From Eledone cirrhosa (taxonomy: Eukaryota): a stretch of 64,000 nt of DNA. Position numbers and translations under genes: made by a program. The stretch spans positions 27,094,001 to 27,158,000 of the forward strand of contig OZ024754.1 of NCBI GenBank assembly GCA_964016885.1. The letters run 5' to 3'. The notes below the pieces were generated by a model. It had not been told where the DNA came from, did no database searches, and was given only the letters and a program-made list of their open reading frames with translations. Shown here piece by piece: positions 28,907-43,745 of this stretch (positions are counted from its first letter, which is position 1; the number at the start of each line of letters is the position of its first letter).

Positions 28907-29954
28907 GTATGTATTTGCAAATAACAAAGACCCTTTCTGGGTGTAAAGGTCTGATTCCTTAAAGTGTCACAGGTCGTAACAAATAGGCAGCATGTAGTCT
29001 GTCTTTGGCACTCTGGTTCCAGAGCAAGATAACTCTCAAATGGTCCAGTTCAATTATCTGTACATGTTTAAATCACCCCTGCAGGGAACTCACCTTTACT
29101 GTGCGGTATTTCACTCATCCACTCAACACTACGAAAACATTTAGATGAAAATAATGTCATATCAATCATTGGGGAAGACGCGTGAGTTAGTGTTTAGTGT
29201 GCTGGGCTCACGATCCTAGGGTCAAAACTTTCATTCCCGGACCGAGAATTGCGTTGTGAACTTGAAATGTATTTCTTGTGACTGCAGTCACATCAGCTAA
29301 AAGAAAAATGAGTTACATTGACACTGGAACTATGCTGTATCGACCTTTGCCTGTCCCTTGAACACAACCGGTGTCGAGGAGAGGGGTGACATATATTCAT
29401 GGGAAGCAGCTTGGTCAGATTTGTGTCTCAGAGAGGTTAATACATAACCAGCCAATTGTAGGTGTAAAATATATGGACCGCCATGATTGCTGTGGAGGAA
29501 GGGGCGTTTCTTTCTTCATGCCTCTCAATTATAGAACTTGTAAATAATTGACGTTTATTTTTTTACATTTAATTACCAATACCAATATATTGATCTATTA
29601 ATCTCCCCTACCTACTCCTTACTCCCCCTCTCTCTCACTGTGTAATTATCTCTTCTATCAATGATTCTATGTGTCCATCTATGTAACCAAACGTTGATAA
29701 CCTATACCAACTTGAGGATATCTTTAACTATTTTAATTGTATTACTAGCCGGGGTGTTAGTTTACATGTTATCAATGTTAAGTTGAAAGACCCTTATCTG
29801 TATCATTGTAAGATTTACTACAGATAATAAAATTTAATGTGAATTTAATATCAATGAGAATGAGAAAGAGGAACGGAGAGAGAGATTATGGACATGTGTA
29901 CATACATATATACATACATATATACATACATATATACATATATACATACATATC

Positions 29955-30270
29955 TGATGGCTGCCCCCTCGTTATCGAGTATGGCCATTGCACGAGAAAA
30001 AAAATATACACACACACATACATACATATATATATATATATACATACATATATATATACATACACATATGTCAATAACAATAATAAAAATAATAATAACA
30101 ACAATAATAATATACATAAACATATATATATATACACACACACGCACACACATAAACATATCTATACACACACACACACGATAGCAACTAACAGCGCTGC
30201 GATCGAATGTGGCTTTTTAGCCCAGCCAGCGACTTGAAAACTTTGGTACAAACACTACACTTGTGACAAT
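29955..30270 (-). mobile_element. Interrupted RTE-like LINE 3' end with terminal C2H2-like finger; short related copy at about 24108-24147
   Basis: [22 protein letters not shown] followed by a shared 40-bp 3' sequence. Confidence 0.55.
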
Positions 30271-30987
30271 TATTGACACATACATACATATATACATATA
30301 TACATACATATATACATACATATACATACAGATATACATACATATATACATACATATATACATATATACATACATATATACATATATACATACATATATA
30401 CATACATATATACATATATACATATCCATACATATATACATATATACATATATACATATATACATATATACATACATATATACATACATATACATACATA
30501 TATACATACATATATACATACATACATATATACATACATATATACATACATATATACATATATACATACATATATACATACATATATACATATATACATA
30601 TATACATATATACATATATACATAAATATATACATACATACACACACGCGCACACGCACACGCACGCACACACACACGTACGCACACACACACACACATA
30701 TATATATACATTCAGTCTCTCTCTTTCACATACACATATATATTACCCGCATCATCAAAATCCTCCAGATTAACATCATATATCATTACCATCACCACCA
30801 CGATCGTCTCCCCCCCCCCCAGCATATCAAAACTAAAAACTACTCTTATGTACTATACTGGCAATAGTAGAAACTATTGTGTTAAGCACTGTATTGTAAA
30901 GAAATGGGTTTATTTTTGAACAGGTATTTCATTTCAGAAATAGCCTCATCACATGCCTACAGCTTAGACTAAACGCGTACATACTGA

Positions 30988-31097
<110 letters not shown>

Positions 31098-31385
31098 CAC
31101 ACACATGCATACACACATATACGCAGGCATAAATACATGACAATAAGCACACAGTCCACACAGTAAGGTGGTCCTGCTGGTGATACGACAAAAAGCACCC
31201 ACATTGTAACGTGGTTGGTATTAGGAAGGGTACCCAGCCGTAGAAACCAAACCAAAATACAGATCCATATGGGCATGATGAGGTCTCCGGATATAACTTG
31301 TCTCATAACGTGACAAACCATCTAACCCATGCATGAGTGGACAATTGACCTTGCACAATGATGATGTATAAATGTATATATATAT

Positions 31386-31757
31386 ATAACCAAAGATTAA
31401 TATGGTTCATTGATTACTCAATGAATATAGTTTTACAATGAAGTTTTCTGGAGTTATTAATATTATTCAAAGTATTAATAAATGAAGACATTCACATAAT
31501 CAAAATATATGTTTTATTATATATATTTCGCAGGTACTGTGCTGTGTTTTCAGTACGGCCTCGTCAGATAAAATACACATACATGCCAATACTGGAATTG
31601 AACCATCAAGCCCGTTGAGGTATGTCATACATCAATTCATGTATTTTATCTGACGAGGACGTACTGAAAAAACAGCACAGTACCTTCGAAATATATATAA
31701 TAAAACATATATTTTGATTATGTGCATGTCTTCATTTATTAATATTTTGAATAATAT
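31386..31757 (-). mobile_element. Fold-back element with two divergent intact-core hammerheads
   Basis: Arms 31460-31577 and 31640-31757; CTGACGA at 31650 (+) and 31561-31567 (-), each followed by stem II and GAAA-tatata-TA. Confidence 0.85.
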
Positions 31758-32469
31758 ATATATATATATGACTTAAAAGTGACAAAGGCGGTGTGTGGTT
31801 ACTAATAAATATTGTTTAGAAAACGTAAAAGAAAAACAAACAACGACAATCCTCGCTCTTCGGCTGACTGCTGTGGGTCGCTGATGTTTCGATGCAGTAA
31901 AGACAGTACATCTCACCACAGTGCGTTAAAAACTAAGAGGAATAGTTAATAGGCAAGAAAAAAGTCCAAGACGATAGCGAAGGGGGAATCACGAGACAAT
32001 AGTACATGTAAGTTGCACTATGGTACTAGGCATACATAATTACAGTAATTATATATGCCTAGTACCATTGCTTGTTTCATACCTAGCTGTCCTGTATATG
32101 CCTAACGCATTTGCACTCTCTATACGCTTGCATATGTACTGCTAGTGACCTCGTTTTACGAGTAACTTTCTACCTTAATGCCTCTTTAATTATTATACTA
32201 TTCCCTTGTAATCTCTGTCGCATGCATTCCACTCTGTGCCTCTTTAATTATTATACAATTTTCTTGTAATCTCTGTCACATCCATTCCACTCTGTAAATA
32301 CGAAACTGTCGATGACAACATTAATATCCATGTATCTATATGATTGTTCAGTTGAATAGGAAGTTAATTATATATCGAAACTTTGCTAGTGCTCCGATGA
32401 TTCCAAATGAAAGTTTGGAAGAAACGATTGTCAGCAATAAAATGATTTTAAGATAGTTTGATTATTGTG

Positions 32470-32529
<60 letters not shown>

Positions 32530-33042
32530 TTATAAGCAAGTTTAGAAGAAGTAGTGTGAATTCTATATTACGACAATAGAAATAACAGTTATATGACACC
32601 CTATTCACTTAAACAAAGGACACGAATGATGGACACCATTGTCACTATATCCTGCATTGTATGTGTTGGAAGTAATCACCAAATTTCTCTGAAATCACAC
32701 CTTACACCCTGAAATGATAGATTCATTGAAGGGAAAACAATTATATACAGAAAGAGAGCAGAATGTTCTCGTCTAGGACTTCTATCAATCTCAGATTAAT
32801 ATATAGTGGGAAGTTGTGAGAGGTGACAGAGCAGACAATCAATCGAGTTAGTAGAAAGAAGGAAACTATCGACAACTGTATGTTAAGCTCTCCAGACGTG
32901 TCAAATTCACACACACACACACATACACACACACACATACAGACAAACACACACTCATATAGTTGAAACCTCATCCACTTCTATCAAGCGTGAACATAAT
33001 ATAACTGTGTACAATTTCCTCCTGTGTTTTGTTCGTTTTAAC

Positions 33043-33076
<34 letters not shown>

Positions 33077-33080
<4 letters not shown>

Positions 33081-33626
33081 AACAAATAGTAGAGAGGAAA
33101 AATACTTTTTCAGTAGAAAATGCTGAAGAGATTCCTTCAGTATAATATCAAGACATTTATTTATAAAGTGGATATTTCAGCATTTAATAATACAGGTTTC
33201 AGCATTATATGCTTTTTTAACTGCGGATATGCATAACGTAGTTATGTTGCATATTTATACGAATAATAAAAAGGGGAACAAAAATTATTAGTTTTTACAT
33301 ATATATTTAGAGAGGAGTAGTTTTAATTTAAACTACTCCTTCTGTCAGAGAATGAAGGACAAACACGGACAGATATATGAACCCTTATCTTTAAATATAT
33401 ATGTAAAAACTAATAATTTTTCTTCCCCTTTCTACTATTCGTATAAATATGCAACATAACTACATTATGCATATCCGAAGTTGAAAAGGCGTATAATGCT
33501 GAAACTGGTATTATTAAATGCGGAAATATCCACTTTATGAATAAATGTTTTGATATTATACTGAAAGAATCTCTTCAGTATTTTCTACTGAAAAAATCTT
33601 CTTCCTTTCTACTATTTGTTTTTATA
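33077..33626. mobile_element. Older fold-back element with about 233-bp diverged arms and TTGAAAA-type hammerhead-like motifs
   Basis: 33077-33309 versus 33392-33626 inverted; TTGAAAA-ggc...gct-GAAAC-tg-GTA at about 33481-33510. Confidence 0.7.
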
Positions 33627-33654
33627 TATATCAACTCGTGTGTTACTTTTCTCC

Positions 33655-33732
<78 letters not shown>

Positions 33733-33800
33733 AATCGTTTTCCTCCCTTTTCTCCCCCGCCCTTTTAAAAATCTTTTTTAAAATGTCTTCCTACCCACTT

Positions 33801-33838
33801 TTCTCCTGATGAAGGGCTTATGCCCGAAACGTCGTTCC
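33801..33838 (+). ncRNA. Minimal hammerhead-like motif
   Basis: CTGATGA(33806)-a-gggc-ttat-gccc-GAAAC-GTC; no convincing stem I. Confidence 0.55.
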
Positions 33839-34367
33839 CCCCACTCTCAAAAGCGTGAACCTAATAAACCAATATTTATACTGCCTCTCTGTTTTTGTTC
33901 CTGCCTAAGATTTAACTATATATGAGGAACGATCGACTTTCGTCAAATCGGACCGAGGGAATAATGTTTCCGTTGGTCTTTCCAATTGCTAATACTTTCT
34001 ATCGGTCGCAACTCCAGGTAGAAGGAGCAACGTGAAATAAAGTGTCTTGCTCAAGGATAACTATATATATACATGTATATACATACACAAACATATATAT
34101 ATATATATATATTATATATAAGATCAAAAGATGGTTAAAAGAGTTCCATATATTTTATTATGCGCATTTCAAAAACAAATATCATCATGCAATAATATTT
34201 GTGTTTTCATCAGATAAAATAGGAAAACATGATATGAAGGTTAAAAAACACTTGTGGATAGTGCAGTTTTAAATCAACATATATTATGAAATATTATTAT
34301 ATATATATATTTATATATATTATGAAATACTGTGTGCTTCTTGCTCATAATAATTTCTATACTTTTC

Positions 34368-34439
<72 letters not shown>

Positions 34440-34449
34440 GTCACTGTTG

Positions 34450-34493
<44 letters not shown>

Positions 34494-35149
34494 TATATAT
34501 ATATATATGTATATATATATATGTCACTGTTGTAATTATATATATATATATATATGTATACGAGTATATATATATCCTCTCTGAAATGCGAGTAACAGGG
34601 TAATAGAAATACAAACACATGTAAACGAAACTCCATCGTTTTTCCTTATATATATCTTTTAACACTTTAGCATTTAAACTATCTATATCAGGCCAGGATT
34701 CTCTCACCTCTTTCAGCCCAAACCGGCCGTAACTGGCCACTCCTATTGGTGTTAAGGTATTGTTCTCAAAATAAATGATATGAAAATCTCGTAGATATTT
34801 TGTGAGATATTATGTAAGGTAAAGCCTTAACCGCAAAAATACAAGAGTGTATATACGGTTTAATACGATGCAGTGAAAAGGAAAGAAAACTAGAAAATAC
34901 CAGTGAATACTTATAAGTAAATTGAAATCCATAACCACATACTCTCCACGCTCGCGCGCGTGCACACACACTCACGCACGTACACTCGCACACACACGTA
35001 TATATATATATATATATAAATGTCTAGCAAATTCCTCACACATGGAATTGGTCAACAACCCGAGGCTATAGTAGAAGACACTTGCCAAACTTGTGAAGCG
35101 GACCCCTTAACCAGACAGCCATACTTGTAAGCATATACATCATTATTGA

Positions 35150-35325
35150 TTGGCAGTATCGGTAGAGGGTCGGACGCCATGCATAGAGTTACGTCCCTTG
35201 CCATTCTGAGTTCAAATCCCGCCGAGGTTAACTTTGCCTTTCATCCTTACAGGGTCGATAAAATAAAGTACCAGTAATGCACTGGATATTTGCTGGCCTT
35301 GTGCCTAAAGTAGAAACAATTATTG
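35150..35325 (+). mobile_element. tRNA-like SINE
   Basis: A/B-box-like TGGCAGTATCGG...GAGTTCAAATCCC; multiple copies in the window. Confidence 0.75.
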
Positions 35326-35482
35326 ATATATCATAGTTTGAGATATTCAGACAAAGGCAGCCGTAGTATGTCTTTTCACCGACGTCGCCATTAAGACCAA
35401 TTAGCCTGCCTCCCACGAAGCAGAGTCAGGGAGGCGCTTTACTGAATCTTAAAGGATCAGAATCATGAAAATGTAAATAATT

Positions 35483-35515
<33 letters not shown>

Positions 35516-36292
35516 ACACACACACACACACACGCAAACAGAGTTATTTTTTGTTGAACAGGTTGCCTCCCCCCCCCTCCGGCACAACAAAATGTACGTC
35601 CCTGGTATGGCGCCTTTGTAGTAACTGGCATAAATAATTACATATATATATAAATAATTACATATATATATAACTATTATCATCTTATATTCTCTCAACT
35701 AATCACATTTGATCATATTTCTCTATCCCGTTTTCTCCCCCCATAATTATATTTTTATTTTTATTTGAAAAAATCGGTTTTTTTACATTGTGTTTTCCCC
35801 TCCAAATATTCGCATATATTTCTTTATATATTCTCTATATATTTTTTTACATATATATTTTTTTATCTTTATTATTTCCACTTTTATCCTCCTTTATATT
35901 TTACCTTATTGTTCCTTTTATACCTTATTATAGTGTAATCTTCCCCATGCCTTATTATACATTATTAATTATAGATTATTATTATTACTCTTTTTCCATT
36001 TCTAATTACCTCATTTACTTTCTCCTCCTTTATATATATATATATTGTATGCCCTTTGTGTTTGTGTAGCCTCTGCACACCCTCTGCACCATACTATCGA
36101 CGCCACCCCATCTATGGTTCAGCTAACCACTCGACTCCCGGGAATGAATATGACCGCAGCTAGTAAACAAGGACCCACACCCCACCCCCGCACCAAAATT
36201 AGACTTATCGTCCCCTACTTTTGCTCTTTACTCTCTTTACTCTTTGTTCTTGAATGTTTGGTTGGTAGAGTCCATAACACCAATCAAACCCC

Positions 36293-36355
36293 TTTTATAG
36301 CTCTGATGAACCCTACGGTTACACGTAAGGAAGAAACATTGTTAGCCAATAAAAA
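36293..36355 (+). ncRNA. Hammerhead motif near the end of a PLE-like 3' UTR fragment (about 35630-36392)
   Basis: gct-CTGATGA(36303)-cc.tacg/cgta.gg-GAAAC(36333)-att-GTT-agc. Confidence 0.65.
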
Positions 36356-36388
36356 TCTTTTGATGTTGTAGACGCTCTTGTGTTCTTT

Positions 36389-36451
<63 letters not shown>

Positions 36452-36466
36452 TGGTTATCGAGTTGA

Positions 36467-36544
36467 GCTCTGCTGATGATGAATTCCAACCGTGACCATC
36501 TCCGCTGAAAGTTTTCATGAAATAGTCTTACGACTATACAGAGC
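36467..36544 (+). ncRNA. Canonical type I hammerhead ribozyme
   Basis: gctctg-CTGATGA(36473)-tgaa...ttca-t-GAAA-tagtc-ttac-gacta-TA/cagagc; 6-bp stem I, 6-bp stem III, AUA site. Confidence 0.85.
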
Positions 36545-36784
36545 ATTTGAAGTTTTTCCAAATTGAAGGATAGGTATTTTGAACTTTATTTTATCATGAG
36601 TTAAGGCTCTATTGATTTTTCCCTGGATTTCACTAAATTCTGTGGATGAATTTATATCCTGATTCTCTTTGAGAATTATTTTTCCCACATCTTACGTTAA
36701 CTATTTTTCCCATTTTGACGCTATAGTCACTTATATACTATGGAATGCTGTTCGCTTTTCGCTGCAGTGTTTTCTATACCTTTC

Positions 36785-36848
<64 letters not shown>

Positions 36849-37162
36849 CGCTCTACATGGCTGAATAAAATATATGAAATCTAAGTTTTTCGAATATTAA
36901 TAATATTCGATTCCTTTGCAATTAGGCAAACAGGAAAGCCGGCCATTAATCGCTCGTATACAGGAAACTGACTAGCCTGTCTGCTGATATGCAAATCTGG
37001 CTGATCAGTGGATCTGCTAATATGCAGATCTGGCTGATCAGTCACTGTATATTTTAGAAAATATATATTTTCACTATGTCTGATAGTTGGCAGGTGAACA
37101 GTGAACTGCACTGATGAAGGGTAATACCCAGCCTATTCTACCGGCATGGCGTTAAAAATGAG

Positions 37163-37259
<97 letters not shown>

Positions 37260-37679
37260 TGTGTGAGTGAGATTTCTTGTGATAAATATGTAAACTTTTT
37301 AACGTCTTTGCCGTATAGCAGCATTGTGGATATAAACTAAGCGATGGATAGTGACATATGGTGTTATAACATGTCAGATGATTTGGCATGGGTAATTGTG
37401 GATTGTGTGGTAAAAATTCCGGCTGAGTAGTTTTCAAACTATTTTCAAACCAAGTAGTGTCAAAAACAAATTTCCTCAATTTACCAAACTGTAAGCTAAG
37501 TTATCTGTAGGGTTAGCCTAAGGCACTAAATAACTAGTGGCCAGCACTAGTCCCTCGATCTTTCAGTGTACAAACCAATTCACAGTGAGCACGTCTTTTT
37601 TCTTTAAACATCAATACTATATACACGATAGATGGCGCTTTTAAAAAATACATATAATGGTGTTATCTGACATTAGAAT

Positions 37680-38005
37680 AATGGGTTCTGATTTTGGCAT
37701 AAGGCCAACAATTTTCGTGGGGAGACAAAGTCGACTGAATTGACTCTAGTGCATTACTGGCGCTTTATTTCATCGACCCCGTAAGGATGAAAAGCAAAGC
37801 CAAACCACGGTAGGATTTGAACTCGGAACGTAAAAGTCCGTAACTGTATGCCGTTAAAATAATGGTTTCTGATTTACGCATAAGGCAAACAATTTCATTG
37901 GAAGGTAAATTCGATTAAACCGACCTCGGTGCATTACTGGTACTTTATTTTATGAATCCCATGAGGATGAAAGGCAAAGATGGATCCGGTGAGATTTGAA
38001 CTGAC
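37680..38005 (-). mobile_element. Two tandem tRNA-like SINE copies
   Basis: Reverse-complement matches to the GAGTTCAAATC/GGGGTCGAT/AAAGTACCAGTAATGCAC family. Confidence 0.7.
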
Positions 38006-38178
38006 GATTCTTTATAAATTAGGTTAGAAGAATGATACGCATTTACAAATGTATGGAATAGAATATAATGATAATCGCCAAAATGGTATAAAATATTTAA
38101 CAATTTATAAACTAATCACATATGGCCTTCCTAGCATCTGTGTGGACTTGTGACAAACAGCACGTATATATGTACCTC

Positions 38179-38257
<79 letters not shown>

Positions 38258-39771
38258 ATAATGATAAAAAGGAGATAACATACACAGAGGCATACAAACA
38301 CACATATATACGTGCTCGCACAAACACACATATACTTACACATCACATACAAGCATACACAATCACGCACATGCATTTTGGTAAACATCACGTTTATATG
38401 TTAATAAAATGTCATATAGGGAGACGTAGATAAAGGCGTTGGCACAGAGACAAACACACACATAACATCACCAACAAACATGTGAAAATATTTCGCAAAC
38501 ATATTGTAAATGTCGCAGTAGATATGTCTCTATATATAAATACACATACACGTAAAGCTACCACATCACATACCCTCACACAGACACATTTATGAATAAG
38601 CACACATATTATATATAGAACCTGAGCTGAAATAGCAAAGTATCGATGATTTCACAAACTTAAGATTGTGCGCCGAAATCCCTAATCACTGCTCTACGTT
38701 ACTTCCCCCTTTCTGTCATTAGTGGAACTTCTGCTAGAATTGGCAACCAAATAAACATTAAATTTCACTATACAATTAATCAACACGGGGCAGAGACTAC
38801 CAATAACGTAAAAACGTAAGCGAATCCTTAAAAGTGCAAAATATACTTCTTCTTTTACTACCGTCATGCTGGGGCACAGGTTTAAAGTGATTTTACTCAA
38901 TAATATTGACTGCAGTAGTTATTTTATCGATCTCTTTTACTCGAATAGTTAAGTTACTTGACATAAACATTAATTCTGTATCAACGGAGACTGGTATACA
39001 CGCTACACACACACTACGACGTTTTACAGTTTCCTAATAAGTATCACTCACAGAGCATTAACTCGGCGCTATAGCAGAATGCTTGCTAAGTTCATTTTGC
39101 TCTGAAAACTATATTTTTAAAACAATCTGAACACTCAATGTGCACAACATAACCAATATACATCTTTATATCAAAGTAAAACACATTTTAGAGATGTATA
39201 TTGATAACTTTATACATGGGGCCATTTATTTCCTAAAGAAAGAAAATTCTATATTTTATAACTCAATATAAATCTGACCTAAGGACCCGACAGTGGCGTC
39301 ATGCTTGTATTAGAAAACTTCTTTACAACTTTCAATGATATACTCTTTTTAGCGTCGGAAATAAATTTGCAATATAAGTTAGATATTTAGGCAATGAAGT
39401 TGTGGCGGTTTTAGGAATCCTATATGTTTATATGTATATATATATATACACAGTTAATAAATGAAATATATTAGGTTTACGCTTGGAGGAAGTGGAGGAG
39501 TGTTCATATATATATGAGTGTGTGTACATGCGTGTATCCATAGGTATTTCATGGTTGTCATAAATTAAGGCAATCTAGAAATAGCGATATTATGGTACAA
39601 GGATATTCTGTTGTATTAAAATAATATAGTAGCTGAAAGCAAGTATTTCGAAGTTGAAGTATATTTCTCACTGAGATGATCTTTTCCTCCGCCTCTCTCA
39701 CTTTATATACATATATATATATGCAGACACATGTATGTGTGTCTATGTATATATATACACACACGCACACA

Positions 39772-39814
<43 letters not shown>

Positions 39815-41099
39815 ATAATAAATCACAAACATGAAAAAATACACTACCAGAGACTAACATATCTACAAAGGATTTCAATGGAATTCATAAGCTAAGGTAC
39901 TTTAAAATATACAAAAGAAACAGGTCGATTGTAGGATCGGGCCGTGGAACTTATGTTTCTATTTGCCTTTCCACTGCTGGTGTTATCTGCCACTTGCAAC
40001 ACCTGGAGGAAGATGCTGGGATTTGGTGTCAAGTTCACGCAATCATCCCAGATACTGCAAAGTATGACCTCCGCCCTCTAAGAATCCACAAATACTCAAC
40101 CTCGTTTGAACTGGTTCTTTATTTTTCAACCACGAAAGGATGGAAGGTAAATGTAAACACAAATCGCAGAAAACCAGAGCAAGTACAGAAACACTTTAAC
40201 CAATTGGCTCTGAGCGATTGATGAAGTCTTAGGAGAGGCGTAGTGACACCCAGCGTGTTTTGTGCTTTTCAACCTGACGCAGGCTTTCTCTCTTCAGTTA
40301 TGAACACAGTATATTTCGTTCAGATCGATATGGACAGACAAACAGATAGAGAGCTAGAGAGGCAAGGATAGAGAGACATGTGTAAAGAGCCAGGACTAGA
40401 GAAACAACGCTGAGGAAACTGATTTATTTATTTATCAACCACAATAGGTTAAAGATATGTTGATTCAAGCAGGGTTTAAAATTAGAGAAGGAAGAGAGCC
40501 GTAACGAATACCGCAAGACAGCTGATCGGACGCTCTAGCGACTCGGCCAACACGCCATTCATTAGATATATATAACAAGGCCACGTACGAATGCCATATT
40601 TATGTGAAACGGATGAATGTTATGCTATAATGTCACCGCTTTGAAACTCATTATTGGTAGCGTAATTGTTTTTAAATTAAATCAATTGCGAGTTAAAATC
40701 GAGTTGGAATTTATACCGTAAAAATGTTATCGTAATCGATACACCAATACCACGTTATTTATTTTCCAATATGTTTCTTTCTTATTTTATATAATCAAAA
40801 TTTCTACACATATTTTAAGTCATGTTTTAATAAATTCGTGATATCGTAAATGTTGTTAATGTCGCAGGAAAAAATTACTTCAGAATTACTTCAGAATTCG
40901 CAGGCTTGATGTTATGTAGATAAACACATTTTCTTAAAAATTCATACGTGTCTGTCTGTGTGAAAGTGTTGAATGGGACTGGTGTTGTGTGTGTGTGTAT
41001 CTGTATGCGTATATGTATGTGTGTATGTATCTGTATGCGTATATCTATGTGTGTATGTATCTGTATGCGTATATGTATGTGTGTGTGTAGATGTACTAT

Positions 41100-41645
41100 G
41101 AAAAGAAAGCATAGTATTTATAGTAAGAACAGACTGCAAGAAGTGTAGAGAGCTGCTACCTCTGTATGAGGCCTGTGCGTGAAGCTCAATGTTGCATAGT
41201 AGTAAGACATGGGTAGTGAACGCCAAGCATATAAGAAGGCTGGAGAGAAATGAAGCCAGCATGCTTCGATTCATTTGAAATTATAAAGTGTGCGAACGAC
41301 AAAGCACAGAAGAAATGAGAAACTACATTATAATAAGGAATCAGGTGTAGTGTGCGTGTGAGAAGACTGCGCTGGTATGGACATGTCATACGCATGGATG
41401 ATGATTCCTGGGTGAAGAAGTGCCCAAAAATCCATGTGGAGGGAAGCCGCATTAGAGGAAGACCAAGGAAAAACCGGGTGGCTGTGGTGGTAAGAGTTAT
41501 GCTCAAATCGCAGAAGCTCACAGAAGAGATGGTGAAGGAAAACGTGACGAATGGGTGATTGTATGCTGAAAAAGACACTTTCAACCTATTCGAGCAAAAT
41601 AACAGTGGATACAAAAGGATAATGATGATGATGATGATGATGATA
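41100..41645 (+). mobile_element. Degenerate RTE LINE 3' fragment
   Basis: RRLRWYGHVIRM...RGRPRK; (GAT)n tail. Confidence 0.8.
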
Positions 41646-41945
41646 TATATCACTCGATGGGAATTTATTAAGCAGGATGCAGAACCCCACCAGCCTGTCA
41701 GTGGAGATAGTATTCCCGCTTCAGGGCCGACTTGATTTATCTAACCCTTTCACGGAAAGCAGACGTTAAATGATGATATATCTACATAGATTAGGTTATG
41801 CATACGTAAGACGTTAGAATGTAGGAAGGCTTTTGTATGAAGGTTTTAGTTGGAAAAACGTATATATTATTTACATGATGGTTGCTTTTGAAATTTCCGA
41901 AAGTATCGTATATGTATATATATTTGTGTGTGTGTGTGCGTGTGC

Positions 41946-42113
<168 letters not shown>

Positions 42114-42171
42114 ACATATACATATATATATACAAATATATATATATATACACAGACACAGATACAGACAG

Positions 42172-42214
<43 letters not shown>

Positions 42215-42337
42215 AACAGTCATACACACGTATAAAAAAAAATACGAATCAATGGGCTCCCATAGTGAGGAAAGAAAATTTAAATAAACGTCTGTCTGTT
42301 TATGTACACAGACACACACACAGACGCGCACACACAG

Positions 42338-42404
<67 letters not shown>

Positions 42405-42625
42405 GCAAATGGAATGAATATATGAATGGCATCCTATAGTGAAAAAAAAAATGAAAAATGAAAATATGTAAATATAAATATATATACTATTTACTTGTTG
42501 CTGGTTTTCTCCTCTTCACTGCAGTTAAATCTTTTTCTAAACGGTTACTATTCAGTGCACTCACATATGAAGTATATAATATATTCCCTTTGCAGTATAT
42601 ATACAACCTATATATATATATATAT

Positions 42626-42694
<69 letters not shown>

Positions 42695-43574
42695 ATTTAT
42701 AGCTGTCCTATTTTTTTTATATTATTGAGGTTTTTTTTTCTAATTTACTCACTTTCGCGTCTTCGTTGTATGTCAATTCAAATTGGGCCAATGACATTTT
42801 CAAAGATTTTCTTAACAGCTGTTAAAGCTGTGAGAAATATAGCATTCAACATTGTTCTAAAGGAATTTAATAGTTTACATTCCAGAATGGAATGGAGTAA
42901 TTTTTTCCAACCTCTTTTGTTGACATTTACCAAAGTATAACCACAACAATCACCGCCACAGTCACCGCAACCACCGCAACCCACCGCAACCACCGCAACC
43001 AACTCCATACATAATACATAACGCTTACATCATCCTATTTCAAAGTGTTTATGCAACCTCACAGGATTTACACACATCACCATCATTCCATGTAGATTAA
43101 GATGTCCAAGCATGGTTTTGACCGACTTATGCTCGTTCTCTCTCTCTCTTCTCTTTTCTTTCTTCTCTTTCCCTCCCTCTCACTCTCTCTCACACACAGG
43201 CCCACACACACATACACGCCCTCCCACACACTCACACATATACGCCCAAATACATCCATATATATGCATTTATGTACGTGTGTATGCATGCGTGTATGTA
43301 TACACTGATATATATATAAATATGTGCAGTTGGACTTAATGCGATTAAAAAGTATGTTAAATTTCTTTTCGGTATTTCACTTGGATATATGTCTCCATCA
43401 TACATGGATATGAGTACATTTCCTGTGTATGTATGTATGTTTGTGTGTGGTGTGTGTGTGTGTGTTTATGTATGTGTGTGTGTATGTATGTATGCGTGTG
43501 TGTGTGTGTGTGTATGTATGCGTGTGTGTGTGTGTGTATTCCTGTGAATTTGTATGAAATTATAATGTATATAG

Positions 43575-43745
43575 TAGTCGCAGTTGTGGCTGTGTGGTTT
43601 TGATGTGCGCTTCTAAAGCATGTAGTCCCGGGTTCGTTCCTACTGTGTGGCACACAAGGGTAAGTGACTTCGGCTATAGCCCCAGGTCGACCACAGCCTT
43701 GTGAGTGAAATGTGGTTAACGGGTCACTCATTAGAAACCTGTCGT
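43575..43745 (+). mobile_element. tRNA-derived SINE (second family)
   Basis: GTGGCTGTGTGGT A-box and GGTTCGTTCC B-box; reverse fragments near 35040-35125 and 47520-47625. Confidence 0.55.

Noticed and set aside
30188-30270. Host C2H2 zinc-finger gene
   Set aside because: Single incomplete finger followed by a dispersed LINE-like 3' sequence; fits an RTE terminal finger.
35150-35325. tRNA genes at the GAGTTCAAATCCC motifs
   Set aside because: No cloverleaf; multiple copies with a shared non-tRNA body, so SINEs.
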